From Oopsacas minuta (taxonomy: Eukaryota > Animalia > Porifera), in the NCBI GenBank assembly GCA_024704765.1, contig JAKMXF010000317.1, forward strand, positions 1 through 64,000: a stretch of DNA of 64,000 nt. The letters run 5' to 3'. Numbering within the stretch: the first letter of the stretch is position 1; every line of letters starts with the position of its first letter. The notes beneath the pieces are model-generated. The model searched no databases, was not told the DNA's origin, and worked only from the letters and a program-made list of their open reading frames with translations. The translations under genes were made by a program, and so were the position numbers. Below, piece by piece: positions 39,739 to 55,716 of the stretch.

Positions 39739-41927
39739 CAGGGTTGTTTTGATTTAAATCATGATTTAATTCACTTAAAAAAACAAAATCTTTATATTTG
39801 ATTTTTGGAAATATATTTCCCTTTAGTAAATTTCTTCAATGTTTCTTGTTTGATAAGTGTGATGACTTCAGAGATTAATAGATGTATTGTTAATGATACA
39901 ATAATGGCTTCGATATGATTACGTATATATATATATATATATATATATGTTTATATACTAAGGCCGGCCCTATTATTCATACTAATAATATATCGTAAAT
40001 CTCGCCGCTTGTGATTCATCATGTTTGAATGAATGAGTGACTCTATATTGTAGTATTTTTAAACTAAAAGAGTAGCTCATAAAGCTGGATGCCGTGGAAC
40101 ATGCAAGAAGTGTGGGAAGGAGATGCAAGGACTAGTTGCTAGACTAAAGCAACATCATCATGATTGTGCTGCTGTAATCAGCTACAATAATGATGATAGT
40201 GCCGATTCGGACCTCTTGCAGCCAAATATCCCGCTTCTGTCCCAGAAACGTATCTCTGACATAAGTTTAACCCCAAAACAAAGAAACAGAAAAGTCAAAA
40301 ATTACTAACTATGTTATACAGACATCAACAACTGAGAAACTCGCCATTGATCTCCAAATAGCACGCTTTGTCTGTGCTACCAATTCACCTTTATCTATTA
40401 TTGAACATTTTGAAACTTATGGCAATGCTTCGTCCTGGATATCATTCTCCCAATCTATAAAAGGTAGCAATGGACTACTCGATTAACTTTACGATTCTAT
40501 GCAACCAGAGAGTACTGAACAACTTGTGGGAAAAAATGTGTCCATGCTGTCAGATGGATCGAGTAATATCCATAACGAGCTGTCGTTTGCATGTCAGTGA
40601 CAACATCCGATGGAGATAGCTATCTTATCGAAACTGTCGACATATCAGGGCATGCACACACCACTGAGTATTTACAAGTGACACGTCTGCTGTGATGTCA
40701 ACTGAACAACGATACGGTTGTAAAGTAGGTAGCTTCGTCAAGGACAACGAGTCAAACATGGTAAAAATACGGCGAGAAGTGGCATCTGATAGTCATACTA
40801 CAGATACAAATATAATATCCTATGGATGTTCAGCACATTACCTTAATCTTCTAGCCAAAGATGTCGAAATACCCAGTGTGGAGGAACATATCATTCAGAT
40901 AGTGAAATACTTTTGGAAATCTCATCTCCCAGCAGCAAAAAAGCTGTGGTCCCACAGGTTGTTCGCTGAAACATACTCGCGGGTTCCCTTCAAAGTTACC
41001 TAGATAACTGGTCAATGATCCTTAAAGTATGCGAAGAACACCGCGACAAGATTGACGAACGTCGCAAAGAAAGTGCGAGATAGTGATATCAAGAAGAATG
41101 CTGAAGACTATCTCAGACGTATGAAGCCTATCACTGTAGCTCTTGATAAAGTGCAGAGTGACAATTGCAAACTGAGTGAGGCTGTTGAAGTTTGAAAAGC
41201 GCTGGAGCTGGAGATGGGATCATCGCAACCATTTGTTGTGACGAAGAGTAAAGCAATGCTCCAAACAAGCGCTAACCACTGCACACTACTTAGCCTACAT
41301 AATTGATCCAAGATACATGGGTAGAAATTGATCAAATTGTGAGGTCGATGCAGGATTATTATGCAGTCTAGAGTATACATCATATTTGGCTACAGTAATC
41401 AACTTCAGAGCCAAAATTAAACCATTCAAACCGTTCATATTTACGGAAGAACTTATACAAACAATCTCATGGTGAGAATCTCAGAGACAGTAATACTATG
41501 ATTACACTTTGTCGCCAAATACTTGGAGGTGTGGCATCAAGTGTTGGGATAGAGAGAATATTCTCAACATTTGGTCTTGTGCATTAATATGTTAGGAATA
41601 GGTTAGGAATTGCTAAAGCAGGAAAATTAGTATTTTTATACAAGCTGCTGAATACCCACAAATAATCTCTCCCAGTTCTTCATTAATATATACTCTTGTT
41701 TTTCACTTTTTTCATTAATAAATATTTTAGTTTTCGTTTTCATCATTGACAAACAGTTTGTTAGACGTATATTGTGAAAGTTATCCTAGAATTCTATGTG
41801 ATTATGAGCAGATAAAAATAAACAGAGGACTCAATGTTGATAAATAGCATATATAAAAATCTGAATTAAATCAATTAAAACATGATTTTTGATGTTTTTA
41901 ATAAATCATGATTTTTCTTCAAACCTG
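39739..41927 (+). mobile_element. Decayed hAT element
   Basis: Ends CAGGGTTG..GATTTAAATCATGATTT / AAATCATGATTTTTCTTCAAACCTG; transposase fragments DNESNM and YGCSAHYLNLLAKD. No TSD found. Confidence 0.75.
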
Positions 41928-42747
41928 GCAGCGTCGGACGGGCGCCACTAAAAACGACAGATTTTTGATGCAAATCAATTGTTTTAGTAAAAATATGCTA
42001 TGGACGTACCATCTATTGTCTCAACTGTAACTCAAGAAGGATATATTTTGCTAAGTTGTTTAATACGTCTTTTAATGAAGACGTATTACTTATAATACGT
42101 ATTGTGTAAACGTAATATACGTTGAATCTACAATTTTTGGCGACGTATCTTCATTGGTCTGATCTCTGCAATAAATATATTGTAGGAGACAGAAGTTCTC
42201 GAATTGTTAATATGAAATATCAGCATAGTTGACCAAATTATAATACTTGATAATCATGCGATATATACAAGTATAAAAATGTCAAAATCTGCTATTTCGA
42301 GATTAACTTAGACTTATAATACGTTCAAATAGATCATGTATAGGTATTATACGTTATTCGCGTATTATACAACTTAGATTTTTTGTATAAAATATATTTA
42401 GATAATTCATTATTCAAACGTTATCAAAGATAACTAGCCTGTATTTTCAGTGTCCGAAAGTTTAGAGTTTTTCCTAAAATTATTAGCCCATATTGTATAT
42501 AGCGATTCACCCTTTTCGACCTGAAAATATTGTCTATTTTGGAATGTGATTCACTACATTATATTTGTTAAAAAAGTTGATGATAACTACTATGCATTTC
42601 CAAATATTCATCGTATTTCCCTGAATAGTATCAGGTCCAGAAAATAATTGTAGCTTCCAGTTCTTATATTACAAAATGTACCTGACAATTTATAATACGT
42701 AAATAATTGTGGTAAAAACAAAAATCTACAATACTAATTACTGTGTA

Positions 42748-44214
<1,467 letters not shown>

Positions 44215-44382
44215 CTAAATGAGTAGAAAATCGGAGAGAAATAAGTAGTCAAAATTAAATATAGGTTTATATTATGAGAAAGATGAAATTTCAATAATTA
44301 GTCCCAGTGTTTAAAAGTGCGTGGCAATAATTTCGAAAAGTCGACATGAAAAGTGCTGGCCATAGCATTCTATATACTAAGC

Positions 44383-44506
44383 CACTGGTTCTCAACCCTT
44401 TTTCTTCCTCGGACCTTTTTGGTCCATTTTATGGAGTCTGCGGACCCCTGCCAATAAACATAATTAAAACATTTTAGGGCTGCGGACCCCAGGTTGAGAA
44501 CCACTG
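44383..44506. mobile_element. 124-bp hAT (Charlie-like) MITE ~200 bp upstream of the S6K start
   Basis: CACTGGTTCTCAACC / GGTTGAGAACCACTG; exact TSD TACTAAGC. Confidence 0.92.
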
Positions 44507-45096
44507 TACTAAGCCAATGGTGGGCTTTAAAAAACTGGACCATGGACAAACAAGTATAGTTACTTATTTTATACATAATAGAAATACATGTGGCTTAATC
44601 ATTTACTAGTTAAATTATATTATTTCAACACCCTCTAAACTCAAACTATTTGACTCTAACGATAGAATGTACTTAAATAGTAAATAGATAATCAAATATA
44701 ATAGCAATATCATAGGAATATTAAGGACAGATACAGTATATACAAGTTAAATTAATAGAAATGGTGAATTGATAAGAGAGGGAGTATAGTAGAAAGTGAA
44801 TGTATAAGAAGTGGTTTCGGATCAGTGATAGGTAACTGTCCACTTAGGAGAGAGTGATCGTAACATTATTAGAGCTGGTTACATTTGACCTGATATTGAA
44901 TATACATAGAGTTGGTTAAGAATGAGACCAATCTAAGTATCAGAACATCAATCATTAAGAGAAGTAGTACCTGATGTGTAGTCTTGGCTGATTACTCATG
45001 ATAATCGTTACCCCTGTTATGAGTTAATATACTTCACAAAGTGTCTTTAGTAATGCACAGTGTGGCAAATGGCTATTATGGAGTAATAGGTACTTA

Positions 45097-46394
45097 CAGG
45101 GTTATACACAAGTTCTGCAACTCAGAAATCGTTGTATATTCAATTCAATTGCATCGCAAACTTATCAAATAATTGTGATTCAAGGTTTGCACATAGTTTT
45201 GTATATATATCCTATGCTAGCCTTCAATATTATCCCCCTTTGCCTGAATACATGAGCTCAGACGTTTATAGAAACAATCTGAGGAGGCAGACAGCACTTC
45301 CTGTGGTATTCGATGACATTCCCGAACAAATGATGCTCTGAGAGCCTCCAGACTTTGCCGGGTTTAACGCAAGCTTTGCTCTCCAGAATTGACCAAATAC
45401 TAAAATCCATCGGATTTAGATCAGGAGATAAAGCTGGCCATTCCATCGGGGAGATTATCTCTGAAAAATGGGCCTTTAACCAGATTGGGTTGCTTTGGAC
45501 TTATGAACAGGAGCTGAGTCCTATTGAAAGATCTAATGCCTTCCTTAAAAATGCGTGGTAGCCCAAGGTTCTAATTCGCCTTCTAATATGTCTTGAATAC
45601 ACTTTTCAGTGCTGACTTTGACATATTTATCAATGAACACGAGGGGGTCCGACCAGTAGTTGTGATCCCGCCCCAGACCATAACAGAAGCAGGTTTTTGG
45701 GTTCTTTTAACTATCCTTGCAACTGAAGATATCCCTTTTGAAGTGGAGCAGAGAACTCTAGCAGTTTTCCTATTGAAACTGCATTCAACGCTGAATAACT
45801 TTACATCTATGAAAGAATATCAAGGTGTCTGCCATCTCTGAACCGCTCTCGAAGTTTCTTACATATCTCTACCCTCCTCTTCTTGTTGACATCAGATAAT
45901 AGCTGTTCCTTCTAAATTTGTATGATTTAAGTCCTATATCGTCATGAACTAACCTTCCCATCGTTCCCGTAGAGATATTGCATTCGTTAGCCATTTTCTG
46001 GACGCTTCTCTTGGGGGTGTATCTGATCTTCTCATTGACCGATTTTTTCAACAATGCTGTGCGTATGGATCATGGTCGACCTGATCTAGGTCTGTCAGAC
46101 GTCTCACCAGTTTCGTTGAAACGTTGGATCGTCCTAAACACAGTCCATTTGGTAACTGGGAGCGCTTTTGTTATCTCTTTGACTGTCTTCTCCTGTGTAT
46201 ATTACTTCCAAAATTGCAAGGTGTTTGGATTTTGGCCCTCCATAAAAGAATTCGCTGTTTAGAAGCTATTTGGAATTAAAAAATTGAGTATGTATGCTCT
46301 AAGTATATTCTACAACCAATAGAGAAATGCATATTAGACTATACTAGGGATATTTATTTTGATAAGTTTAGTGCAGAACTTTTGCCTAACCCTG
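45097..46394 (-). mobile_element. maT (DD37D-type) element with decayed transposase (~45217-46243)
   Basis: TA|CAGGGTTATACACAAGTTCTGCA ... TGCAGAACTTTTGCCTAACCCTG|TA; WPALSPDLNPMDFSIW. Confidence 0.88.
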
Positions 46395-47326
46395 TACCCT
46401 GAAGATATATGTTGAAATGCTGTCATATATAGTAATCGACTACGTAGGTTTCAAAAATTGGACCAGATGTTTAGTTACACTTCTTGAAATGGGACTATAA
46501 CGTAATCTGTGGTATTTTTATTAAATTAATAATTATGGTTAAAAAAAAATGCATCTGTATATTTTGATAGAATTTTTTGTAGAAATTTGACAAAATTTCT
46601 CATGTCGAACTTTGATCGAATGATGAAAAAGGCAAATTTTGATCAAAGTTCGGTACATTATAGAAAGTTACACCCCAACTTTTTGCAAGATGGTAAAAAT
46701 CACGAGTGTGAAGTTGGCTGAATATTCGACTAGCAGTACTTCAACCTTTAATTTGACCAACTTCCCATAGTCAGAATGTAAATATTTTTAGGCCATTCGA
46801 AAGAAGAGATACGGACGTTTCTGAAAATATATTTATATTTTATAAAATATAATTTTTTCTAATAGAAATTGGGTATCCAACCAGCAGTGGTTCACATATG
46901 AATTTAGTATACTTAAACAAATTATTTTTTCCTGAAATCATGGGCATGTATTCCTGCTGTATGGACGTTTATGTGTTTAAAATATTATGGTAAAATAAGC
47001 AAAACCTTTTCAGACATTTACATTTGAAAACTGGCTTGTTAGAATCGAGTCTCTATTAGATTTGTACTAAGCACACAAATTTAATGAAACTTTCTAATCC
47101 ATTCTAACTATAGTAACGCATATAGATTACTGCAACATCAACTGTTTGATGTAATACGAAATGATTTGTGAATCTAAATATAGTTTTATTTATTGGTGAA
47201 TTGATATTCAGTTCAATAAATACGAAAACATTGATCCAAATTCACAGAATACATCAGATTATAAGATTATATGATCCTTGCATAGTCTTGATTTGTTGTG
47301 TTACGAGTTGACCTCTCTTGTTATAC

Positions 47327-48163
47327 CTATACTATAATCTTGTCTAAAATTTCTAAAACAGGTTCATAGTGATTACCTATATGTACAATATATATTGATC
47401 CATTAGCATTAGCGGGAGGCGAGTTCAATACCTCATCAAATGAAGAACATTTTCCGGAGAATACGTTCCAACTATTTCCAGTCTCTTTCATAAACACCCA
47501 TATGTCAGTCTTAAATAGATGCGCTGCTGTAAATAGTTCCAAATCTCCACCCCATACTCCATTGCCTTTGATGTTTGTTTTATATATATAATCTATTGTG
47601 TTCCTATAAGTATTTGGGTATTTGTTAGTAATAAATTTTCCACATTTTTCTTTTAGCGAACTTGACATACTGTCTACAATGCATTTACGTATTATATGAG
47701 AATTATCTGGCGAACCTGACACGGAATATGCTAAGGAAGAAAATAATCCGTTCCCATCTCCAGGAATATACTGAGTTCTGCTGGGTATATAATAATTCAA
47801 CGGCCTGTTCATTTGACTATTAATATTATTTATTCCTAGACTTACCCTGACATTAAGTAACGTGTTACAAATATCTAACTTTCTTGTGTGGGAGATGGGA
47901 TTATAACTTGGAAGATCATAATTTAAAGTGCACCATTCCATTAGATCCAAATCTGTTATAATTTCAACTTTATTAACTGAGAGGACAACATCTGGGCTCG
48001 TGTTTCTTACAGAATCTTTGTCAATATTCATTTTTTTGTGTGGAATTACAAAATCAGACTTTTTTCTCTTATTATTAACTTCCCCCCCCGTTTTATTTAC
48101 ATTTATTGCTTCAAAAACTTTATCTACCCTACTTAGATTAGGATTGATGTAACTCTGTTGGCA
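47327..48163 (-). pseudogene. OTU-family domain in frame with the transposase C-terminus
   Basis: IPGDGNGLFSSLA, WGGDLEL, HIGNHYEPV. The frame stays open from 48163 through the ATG at 48031; only a TAA at 48164-66 separates it from ORF 48164-48685. Confidence 0.8.
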
Positions 48164-51137
48164 TTAACTTCTGCGACACCATTTTTCTTTGGAATTTTTT
48201 TCATTTTGTATTTCTAATTTCCTTTTCCTACTTTTAAATATGTTGGTAGCCAAAGGATGAAATCCAAAATTAAATGCATCAATTCTGCCATTCACATATT
48301 CATACATTGTACGTATAAAATCGCCAGCTCTTAGGTTTACCTTCATTTCTAAAATTGGATGTTTGACTATTCTGAACCAATTTTCTGCATTTGCATTACT
48401 AGCCTTACACAGGTTTTCATTGCTCCTAGACAGTATAATTCCAGTCCAAAGAGGTACAATTGGCATATAATATGTCAGCAGATATTCTAAAACTTCCAGA
48501 GAATAACACGGATTTGATCGATTGCCTTTGTGAATTACATGATCTGTGCAATTATTTTTTCTCAGGGTATCGAAATGTCTACCAGATGGTGATTTACAAC
48601 GATAAGTGGTAGGATTCTCTTCCGTATCAGTATCAAGTTCAAATTTTCCTTCGTTTTCTAACTGTAATTCTATTTTACCCTTCACAAATCGTTTAACTCT
48701 ACTAAACTTGAACTGACCATTTCGGTTGAATGCTCAACAGATAGAACATTACACAGTAATATGAAAACTCGATTTATTTCTCTCATCGTAATACTTCTCA
48801 AAATTGCAGCAAAGACTTGCAGGATTAGTTGTTTTAGAGTTTTATCGATTTTGAATGTTTTTGACAAGTTCTGAATCAACTTATGCATTACGTGAGCAGA
48901 ACATAAATGAATTACAGTGAAGACGTCCACATCAACCAATCTTTCGTCTGAATTTACATTTCTCCAACAACTCTCTAAATACCCTAAAATATTAATTTTA
49001 TTAAATGCGATACATGTGCTATGAATCAATGCCCAACTGAAATTTATTTCCACTCTTGTTATAAATATTTCTTTGTGTAGAATTAACTTTGAATTCAAGT
49101 ACCATTTGTTAAGGAAGTGGGTTATCTCAGCAGTTCCTTGGTCCGAACTTATCATTTCTGCTACAGGGATAGGTGTAATGTGGTAGTCGAGATGTTGTAG
49201 AGTTAAAGCATAATAATAAATGGATTTGGTGCAAAACTGAGGTTTACGTATAATGGAACCTGTAGCATCCAAATGCAAAACTATATCTTTTGTTAAATAT
49301 TTCAACACCTCTATCTGCCTCTTCATATATAGATGCATAATGAAGGGTTCCTTAACAAAATATTGAATGTAACCAGGTATTGGCTTTTCACTCAATAAGT
49401 TACGATAATATTCTTGAGTGATAGAAATATCTGTAATTAGATCATTAGAAAATCTATTAGATGATATAGCTTCAGTTTTTATCTGTCTTAAGCATTCTTG
49501 AGACCTCAGGTTAGAAAATTACCTCTACAATATTCCATTGACCTACTTTGACAGTTGAACTGTTTATGAAAAATATTTGTGACAGATGTGTGCTGAAGAC
49601 TTTCTCCATAAATTTTTCGCAAACTACCAGATATATGACGTGTATGTACAGTCTCTCCATCAGAATGTTGCAATGGAGAGTGAACCACTTACTACATATT
49701 GCATTGTGATTGTATTCGTAGTTACAAGCTCGTCAACACAAAACTCAAATTTGTAACAATTATAAAACTTGCATTCAGTAGATGCTCGAAAGTAGGGCGC
49801 ATTTATTTTTCGGCTGGAAGACTTTTTAAACCAATAATTGTTAAATTTAAGAACACATGCTGGATATATTGTATATATTTTATTGCTAAACACATCTGTC
49901 CAATCTCTATTCAACATATCTCTACCTTGTAAATCGATAAAATGAATACTATCCCCTTCACCAATCTCAAGAAGAAATTCTCCATTGACGTTTGACTCTG
50001 GTGTCATAAGAAATACATCAGATTTATCAGATAACGGGGCTATTTGGTCATTAACTGTATTTGAGATAATATTGTTGCATTTGATAGGATCTTCATCTTC
50101 AAAATCCTCATCAACACGAAGATGAGGAGTATTTTTCAGAGCCAGGGGTTGGTGACAATCCGGGGAAATTTATATTCCGCATATCTTAGCATTAATGCAA
50201 TTAGTATAGAGAGCTTTAAATGCCTCAATACCAATACAGGAAAACTTGTCTCGCAATTTGACTACCCAATGAATAAATAAACTCATCTGATCTTTGGTCA
50301 GAAGCAAGTACTTATTCTCAAACAAAATAGTTGATTTACAATCAATTTTATGTAGAACTATCCACATTAGTAACATGGCTGTCTGCTCAATGACTTAATG
50401 TCCATACTGACTTTTTGGAAAATTATTTACGAATGAACTACACTGTACAAATTCAATGTTTTCAAATTCCCAAAAACATTCGTAAGAATTTGGACTCCGA
50501 TAACGGTGAAAGTTACAACCATCAATTCACAACTAAGCCTGGTGATTGTTGTAATAATAATATTCGACTAAACTACTACTATCATTACATCCGAAAAGGT
50601 CGATACTGTATTGCTCATCTCTCAAATCATAGTAATGAGATGGGTCTGATGCAGCTGAAGACCAAATTACCATTAGCCTATCATCTAAGAAATCCTGTTC
50701 AATTGACTCCCAACATATTCCTTCATGATTATCATGAAAAGAAGACGTAGATTCCAGGCAATGGACAATATCTCGATAAATTGTGACAGTTTGAAGAGAT
50801 GGCAAATTCACTATTGAGAAAGAGTCGAGACTATAACTCACAATCAATGATTTGGTTGTACTTTGTGGAGGTGGTGGACATAGAGAAAGCGATTTACACG
50901 GTATGATATCTATAGATGGCTGAGGAGAGACTGATAGATCGATTATTCGCTCGAATAACACACGTATTTGTGTGAATTATTTTTCCATTTCAAATAAATA
51001 GATTTTCTTTGAGCCGGATTATTGTGGCCATGTAGTTTTTTACAAATAATGCCCCAAATAGAATCACTAACGCTAGGACTAACAGAAAGTGAACTCGCAA
51101 CCTCTTTGTATGAATTGAAAGTGGATTCGATATACAA
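48164..51137 (-). pseudogene. NOF-FB-like MULE transposase, fragmented
   Basis: LHLDATGS (D1), EINFSWAL (D2 position, D>N), IHLCSAH (CxxH), SNANAENWF (E); split over ORFs 50943, 50533, 49660, 49506, 48682 and 48164. Confidence 0.75.
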
Positions 51138-52439
51138 AAGTAACAGCTGAGGGTCTCGTGGAACTAAAAAAGGAACATAAACATACTATATGCGCCGTAC
51201 TCACCAGAAAACGTGCTAAGATAAATCTAACTTTTGTTATAGCAATTGATTATTACACATCAAGCACGTGTTCCGATGAGACGGAAATAATTTAAATAGG
51301 AAGAAAGAAAGTTACATTTTGAAATATTGATTCCATTTGAAGTAATGAAATTATTTGGTTCCATTGAAGGAGGGTCGAAACGAAAGTATGATTCTAAATG
51401 TGGAGAAAATAATACAATCTTTGATATAGGGAAGAATTTAGATACCTTTTTCCTCGAATAGTAGGTAGCCCTTCTTCGAATAATCGCCCCCCCTGAAGGA
51501 ACCTCGAAATATATAATAGTCCCGGAGTACTATTCGAGAAAAATTGTATATTGAAAATAGACAACAAACCTAAGTCAATAAGACTTGTCTTAGAGTTTGG
51601 AATTGTAGAATCGTGAAAGATTTTTTGATGAAAGTGATAAAAATAAAAGAGTTTGTTAATGAATGGATGAAATATAAGATAATATTGATACAAATACCAA
51701 AGGACTATTTCAAGAGGTTTATACTTCAGCAACAGTGTTTTGTATTTCAAATGGGGAAGTTATCATGTGAATATGTATATTATTAGAATGATTTCATGGT
51801 ACATCTAACATTAGTTGATTAAGTCATTGAAAGTTAGCAAATAACTCCGAATTATTCATTTCTACTAGACATTTAAACTTTGGTTATTATTTAATCTCTT
51901 TTGGAATATATGGAAAGTAAATACTAAGGCATTAATTGAAAGTATATTCTGATCTTTGAGTAATTCATAATGTGTCAACTGAGATCAAATAGTTGATATT
52001 GCAATAATCTATATGCGTTACTATAGTTAGAATGGATTAGAATGTTTCATTAAATTTGTGTGCTTAGTACAAATCTAATAGAGACTCGATTCTAACAAGC
52101 CAGTTTTCAAATGTAAATATCTTAAAAAGTTTTGCTTGTTTTATCATAATATTTTAAACACATAAACATCCATACAGCAGGAATACATGCCCATGATTTC
52201 AGGAAAAAATAATTTGTTTAAGTATACTAAATTCATATGTAAACTACTGCTGGTTAGATACCTCAATTTCTATTAGAAAAAATTATATTTTATAAAATAT
52301 AAATACATTTTCAGAAACGTCCGTATCTCTTCTTTCGAATGGCCTAAAAATATTTACATTCTGACTATGGGAAGTTGGTCAAATTAAAGGTTGAAGTACT
52401 GCTGGTCGAATATCCAGCCAAATTCACACTCGTGTAAAC

Positions 52440-55400
52440 ATCGCTATATGAGCCGTTATAGAGCATGTTGAGAGATGAAGATTGAGCTAGAGATTTCTAA
52501 AACCGGTCAAGAAACAAAAGAGTTACAGCAATTCTAGCTTATAAGCCAAAGTCTATGGGTAAAATTGCACCTTCATTGAAGCCAAATATATTACAATAAT
52601 AGAGTTGCAAATAGCATAGTAGTGTGCATATAATACTACAACATACAGAATTAGCATTCCAATGTCTAAGTAGTTTGTGTTATCTATTTATCATTCTCTT
52701 AAATCTCCAAATAAATAGACTATTTAGTAAACATACAATCTGCAATATTTTTATTCTATTTAATAATTATAACTATAGAATGGAAATATAAGTTTTCAAT
52801 TGAGTATATTTGGGAATGCTGCATTTTACCAACAAATCTATGCAAATTTCAAACTCATTTTGCCTGCCATTTTACCAACAAAAGGATCTCTAGTGTGTGA
52901 TATACAGCAAACAATGCCATTCTACTCGCTATCAACGGAGCAAATTTGGAACAATATCAAATAATAACTGTGTATAATATTCTCAAATAAACTACTTTTA
53001 AATGGTTTGAGCCCATGGCTGGTTCAACTTTTTGAACAACTAGAATTATTTTGATTTTCATGTAAATATCTAGCAACTATGAAAAACTAGTAATTAGCAT
53101 GCAAGAGATTGTATCTAAGTAACAGTATATTGGTTTCTTATTTCTATTATTAAGTTGTGAAATGGATTGTCACCATATTTCTTTCTCCAGCAATATTCAG
53201 CGAGGTATGTATCCAGGAGCTCGGGGTTGGTGGTCATGGAATTTCTCATCTTTTTCTTGGCTTGGCCCCAAGTGCTTTCTATTGTTTGTGTGAATCTCTG
53301 TTCCAGGGACCACAAACTGGATACTGTGATTAACAGTCAAATGGGTGAACGTAGCTGGTGGAATAAGATTGTATGAAGCCCATTCATCGCTTAGAATAAT
53401 AGTACCCGGTGTGATATATTGTTCTATAATGGGAATCAATGTAGAAGCTGATCTATCTTCAACTGTGACCATGAATGCTTCTTTGGTCACTCTATCAATC
53501 CCACCAAACACCCATTTTCCTGATAGTTGCCTTCCTCGATGGTACTTTCTTTCCTAAATTTGCTTTCATTGATCTCAACGATGTGCCCATGTCCCCCGAT
53601 TGGTTCGGGATTAGAGAGGTACTTCCCCACACAGATATCCCCAATAAAATTTTCCAATCCGTGATGGTGTTTGGAGACCACTTGAGATTCAGGGTTAAGA
53701 AATGTGTACTTTGAAGTCCTTCTGCCCCAAAATACAAAAATTCCACCAACTGAGTAAGAGGAATATTGGATCTCTCAAAGAATGATCCTACTCGTAGGGA
53801 TACAAATTTCTTGCAACCCTTTTCAGGACATCTCCAACCTCTCCCTTCGTGCGCCTTAGAAAATACGCCTTTTGACATGTTTGCCCCGCATTTACATCTC
53901 ATACATCTTGCTAATAATCCGTGAACCCTGAACCAATCGATACAATTGTCACGATTGATGGTTATCCTTATGAATAATCACTTCAATCCAATCTCATCGA
54001 CGAACGGAAAAGATGTATGCATAATTACAGGTCTAAATACGGGAGTAGCCATGAAAATTCCGACAATCGTGAAAAATATAAGTTTGAAATGATATGCAGT
54101 TGTATTTCTGATATCGAAATAAAATGCTTAAATTTATAGAGATTGCTTAGATCTGTATACTTGGAGATGATCCACACTATTGATTTGCTTTTATCACTGA
54201 GATAGAAAATCAATTCTTACGTTTTTAATCATGAACCAGCATACTACATTAATATGCAAGAAAAGTATACACAATCCATTTTAAAATATTTAAAACTATA
54301 CAAATGCAAATAATTCGCATGACGAACAATATAATTCATTCTTTTTATGATGTTATGAGTTTGTTCCAACACGCATGGCAGATAACTATCTCTAACTTGT
54401 AAAGGAATACTTAGAATATGCTAAAAGCGGTTCGTTTTTATTTATTATAATTCACTGAAGGGTATATTCACTCATTCATGTAGGTTCTTTGTCTTTCCTA
54501 TTGATTATAATAATGAATTTAACCTTTTGTATTGCTCTACGTATATTTTGAAACATGACTAAGTCCGAAAATTATTCTTACTCTAATAGCAAACAGCCGT
54601 ATAACCAAGTGAAAGCCTCCTTGTCCTACAGTTCAGGGGATCAAGTAGCAAGCAGCCCCCTGAACTGTAAGACGCAGAAGCTTTAACGGACTTTGTTATA
54701 AGCCTGCTTGTTACTGGAGTAGTGAATAATTTTCGTCCTAATTCCAGTTTTCCTATATGGGAATTTTGCTCGAATTTTTGGCCTTAATCAGTGAACCCAA
54801 TACTGTATGTTACTAATAAAATTTGAATTGATTCACAAAGAAACTTTTGAACTAGTTATCCCAAAAGTTGCTAGATAGAGTATCCCACAACCCCATGCAA
54901 AATAAAGTCATTAGTTCTTATAAGTTCTTAATCAATTCCAGACAAAACCAAAAATATGCATACCGTGAAATACAGTTTCAGGCAACACGGTTGCAATAGA
55001 AGTTTCATGCAAGTGTAAAAGGTGTCCTGTGTTATAGTATGATTTGATAAATTTCTAAAATTTCATTGAAAGCTTTGTTAAAGGCCCCTACGCATGCAAC
55101 AATATTTATGTGCAACATTTTGGCATGCAACGGGTAATACACAAGATGCAAAAATTTTGTGTATACCATCCCATAATACACGGTACAACATAGTTGCATT
55201 GTGGATAGTGGGCTTGACATTAATCAAACGAAAATGAATCGCAAGAGATTATTAGAAGATGTGATACAGGAGAAATAGAACTAACAACTATCTCCATGTA
55301 AAGTTCAAATAGCTACTAAATTATCTCTTGATATGTAGTTAATTACCTGAATATCATTATTTCAGATTGTATGCTTACTAAATATGTCTATTTACTTGGA

Positions 55401-55666
55401 GATTTAAGAGAATGATTAATAGATAACAGAAATTATTTAGACATTGCAATGCTAATTGGGTATGTTGTAGTATTATATGCACACTACTATGCTATTTGCG
55501 CCTCTATTATTATAATATATTTGGCTTCAATGAAGTTGCAATTTTACCCATAGACTTTGGATTATAAGCTAGAATTGCTGTAACTCTTTTGTTTCTTGAC
55601 CGGTTTTAGAAATCTCTAGCTCACTCTTCATCTCTCAAAATGCTCTATAACGGCACATGTAGCGAT
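52440..55666 (-). mobile_element. Merlin (ISXO2/IS1016-related) element with ~300-bp TIRs
   Basis: TIRs 52440-52745 and 55360-55666 (~93% by hand count); the transposase lies inside. Confidence 0.8.
53115..54022 (-). pseudogene. Merlin/ISXO2-type DDE transposase, frameshifted
   Basis: CKC..WRCPEKGC zinc ribbon, IGGHGHIVEINESKF (D>N), PGTIILSDEWASY, TVNHS, HTQTIESTWG, YLAEYCWR. Confidence 0.9.
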
Positions 55667-55716
55667 TTTACCATCTGGCAAAAAGTTGGGGAGTGTAACT
55701 TTCAATAAGTGCAGCC

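Noticed and set aside
53115-54022. Bacterial IS1595/ISXO2 contamination or recent horizontal transfer
   Set aside because: Embedded among spliceosomal genes with long TIRs; fits the eukaryotic Merlin superfamily.
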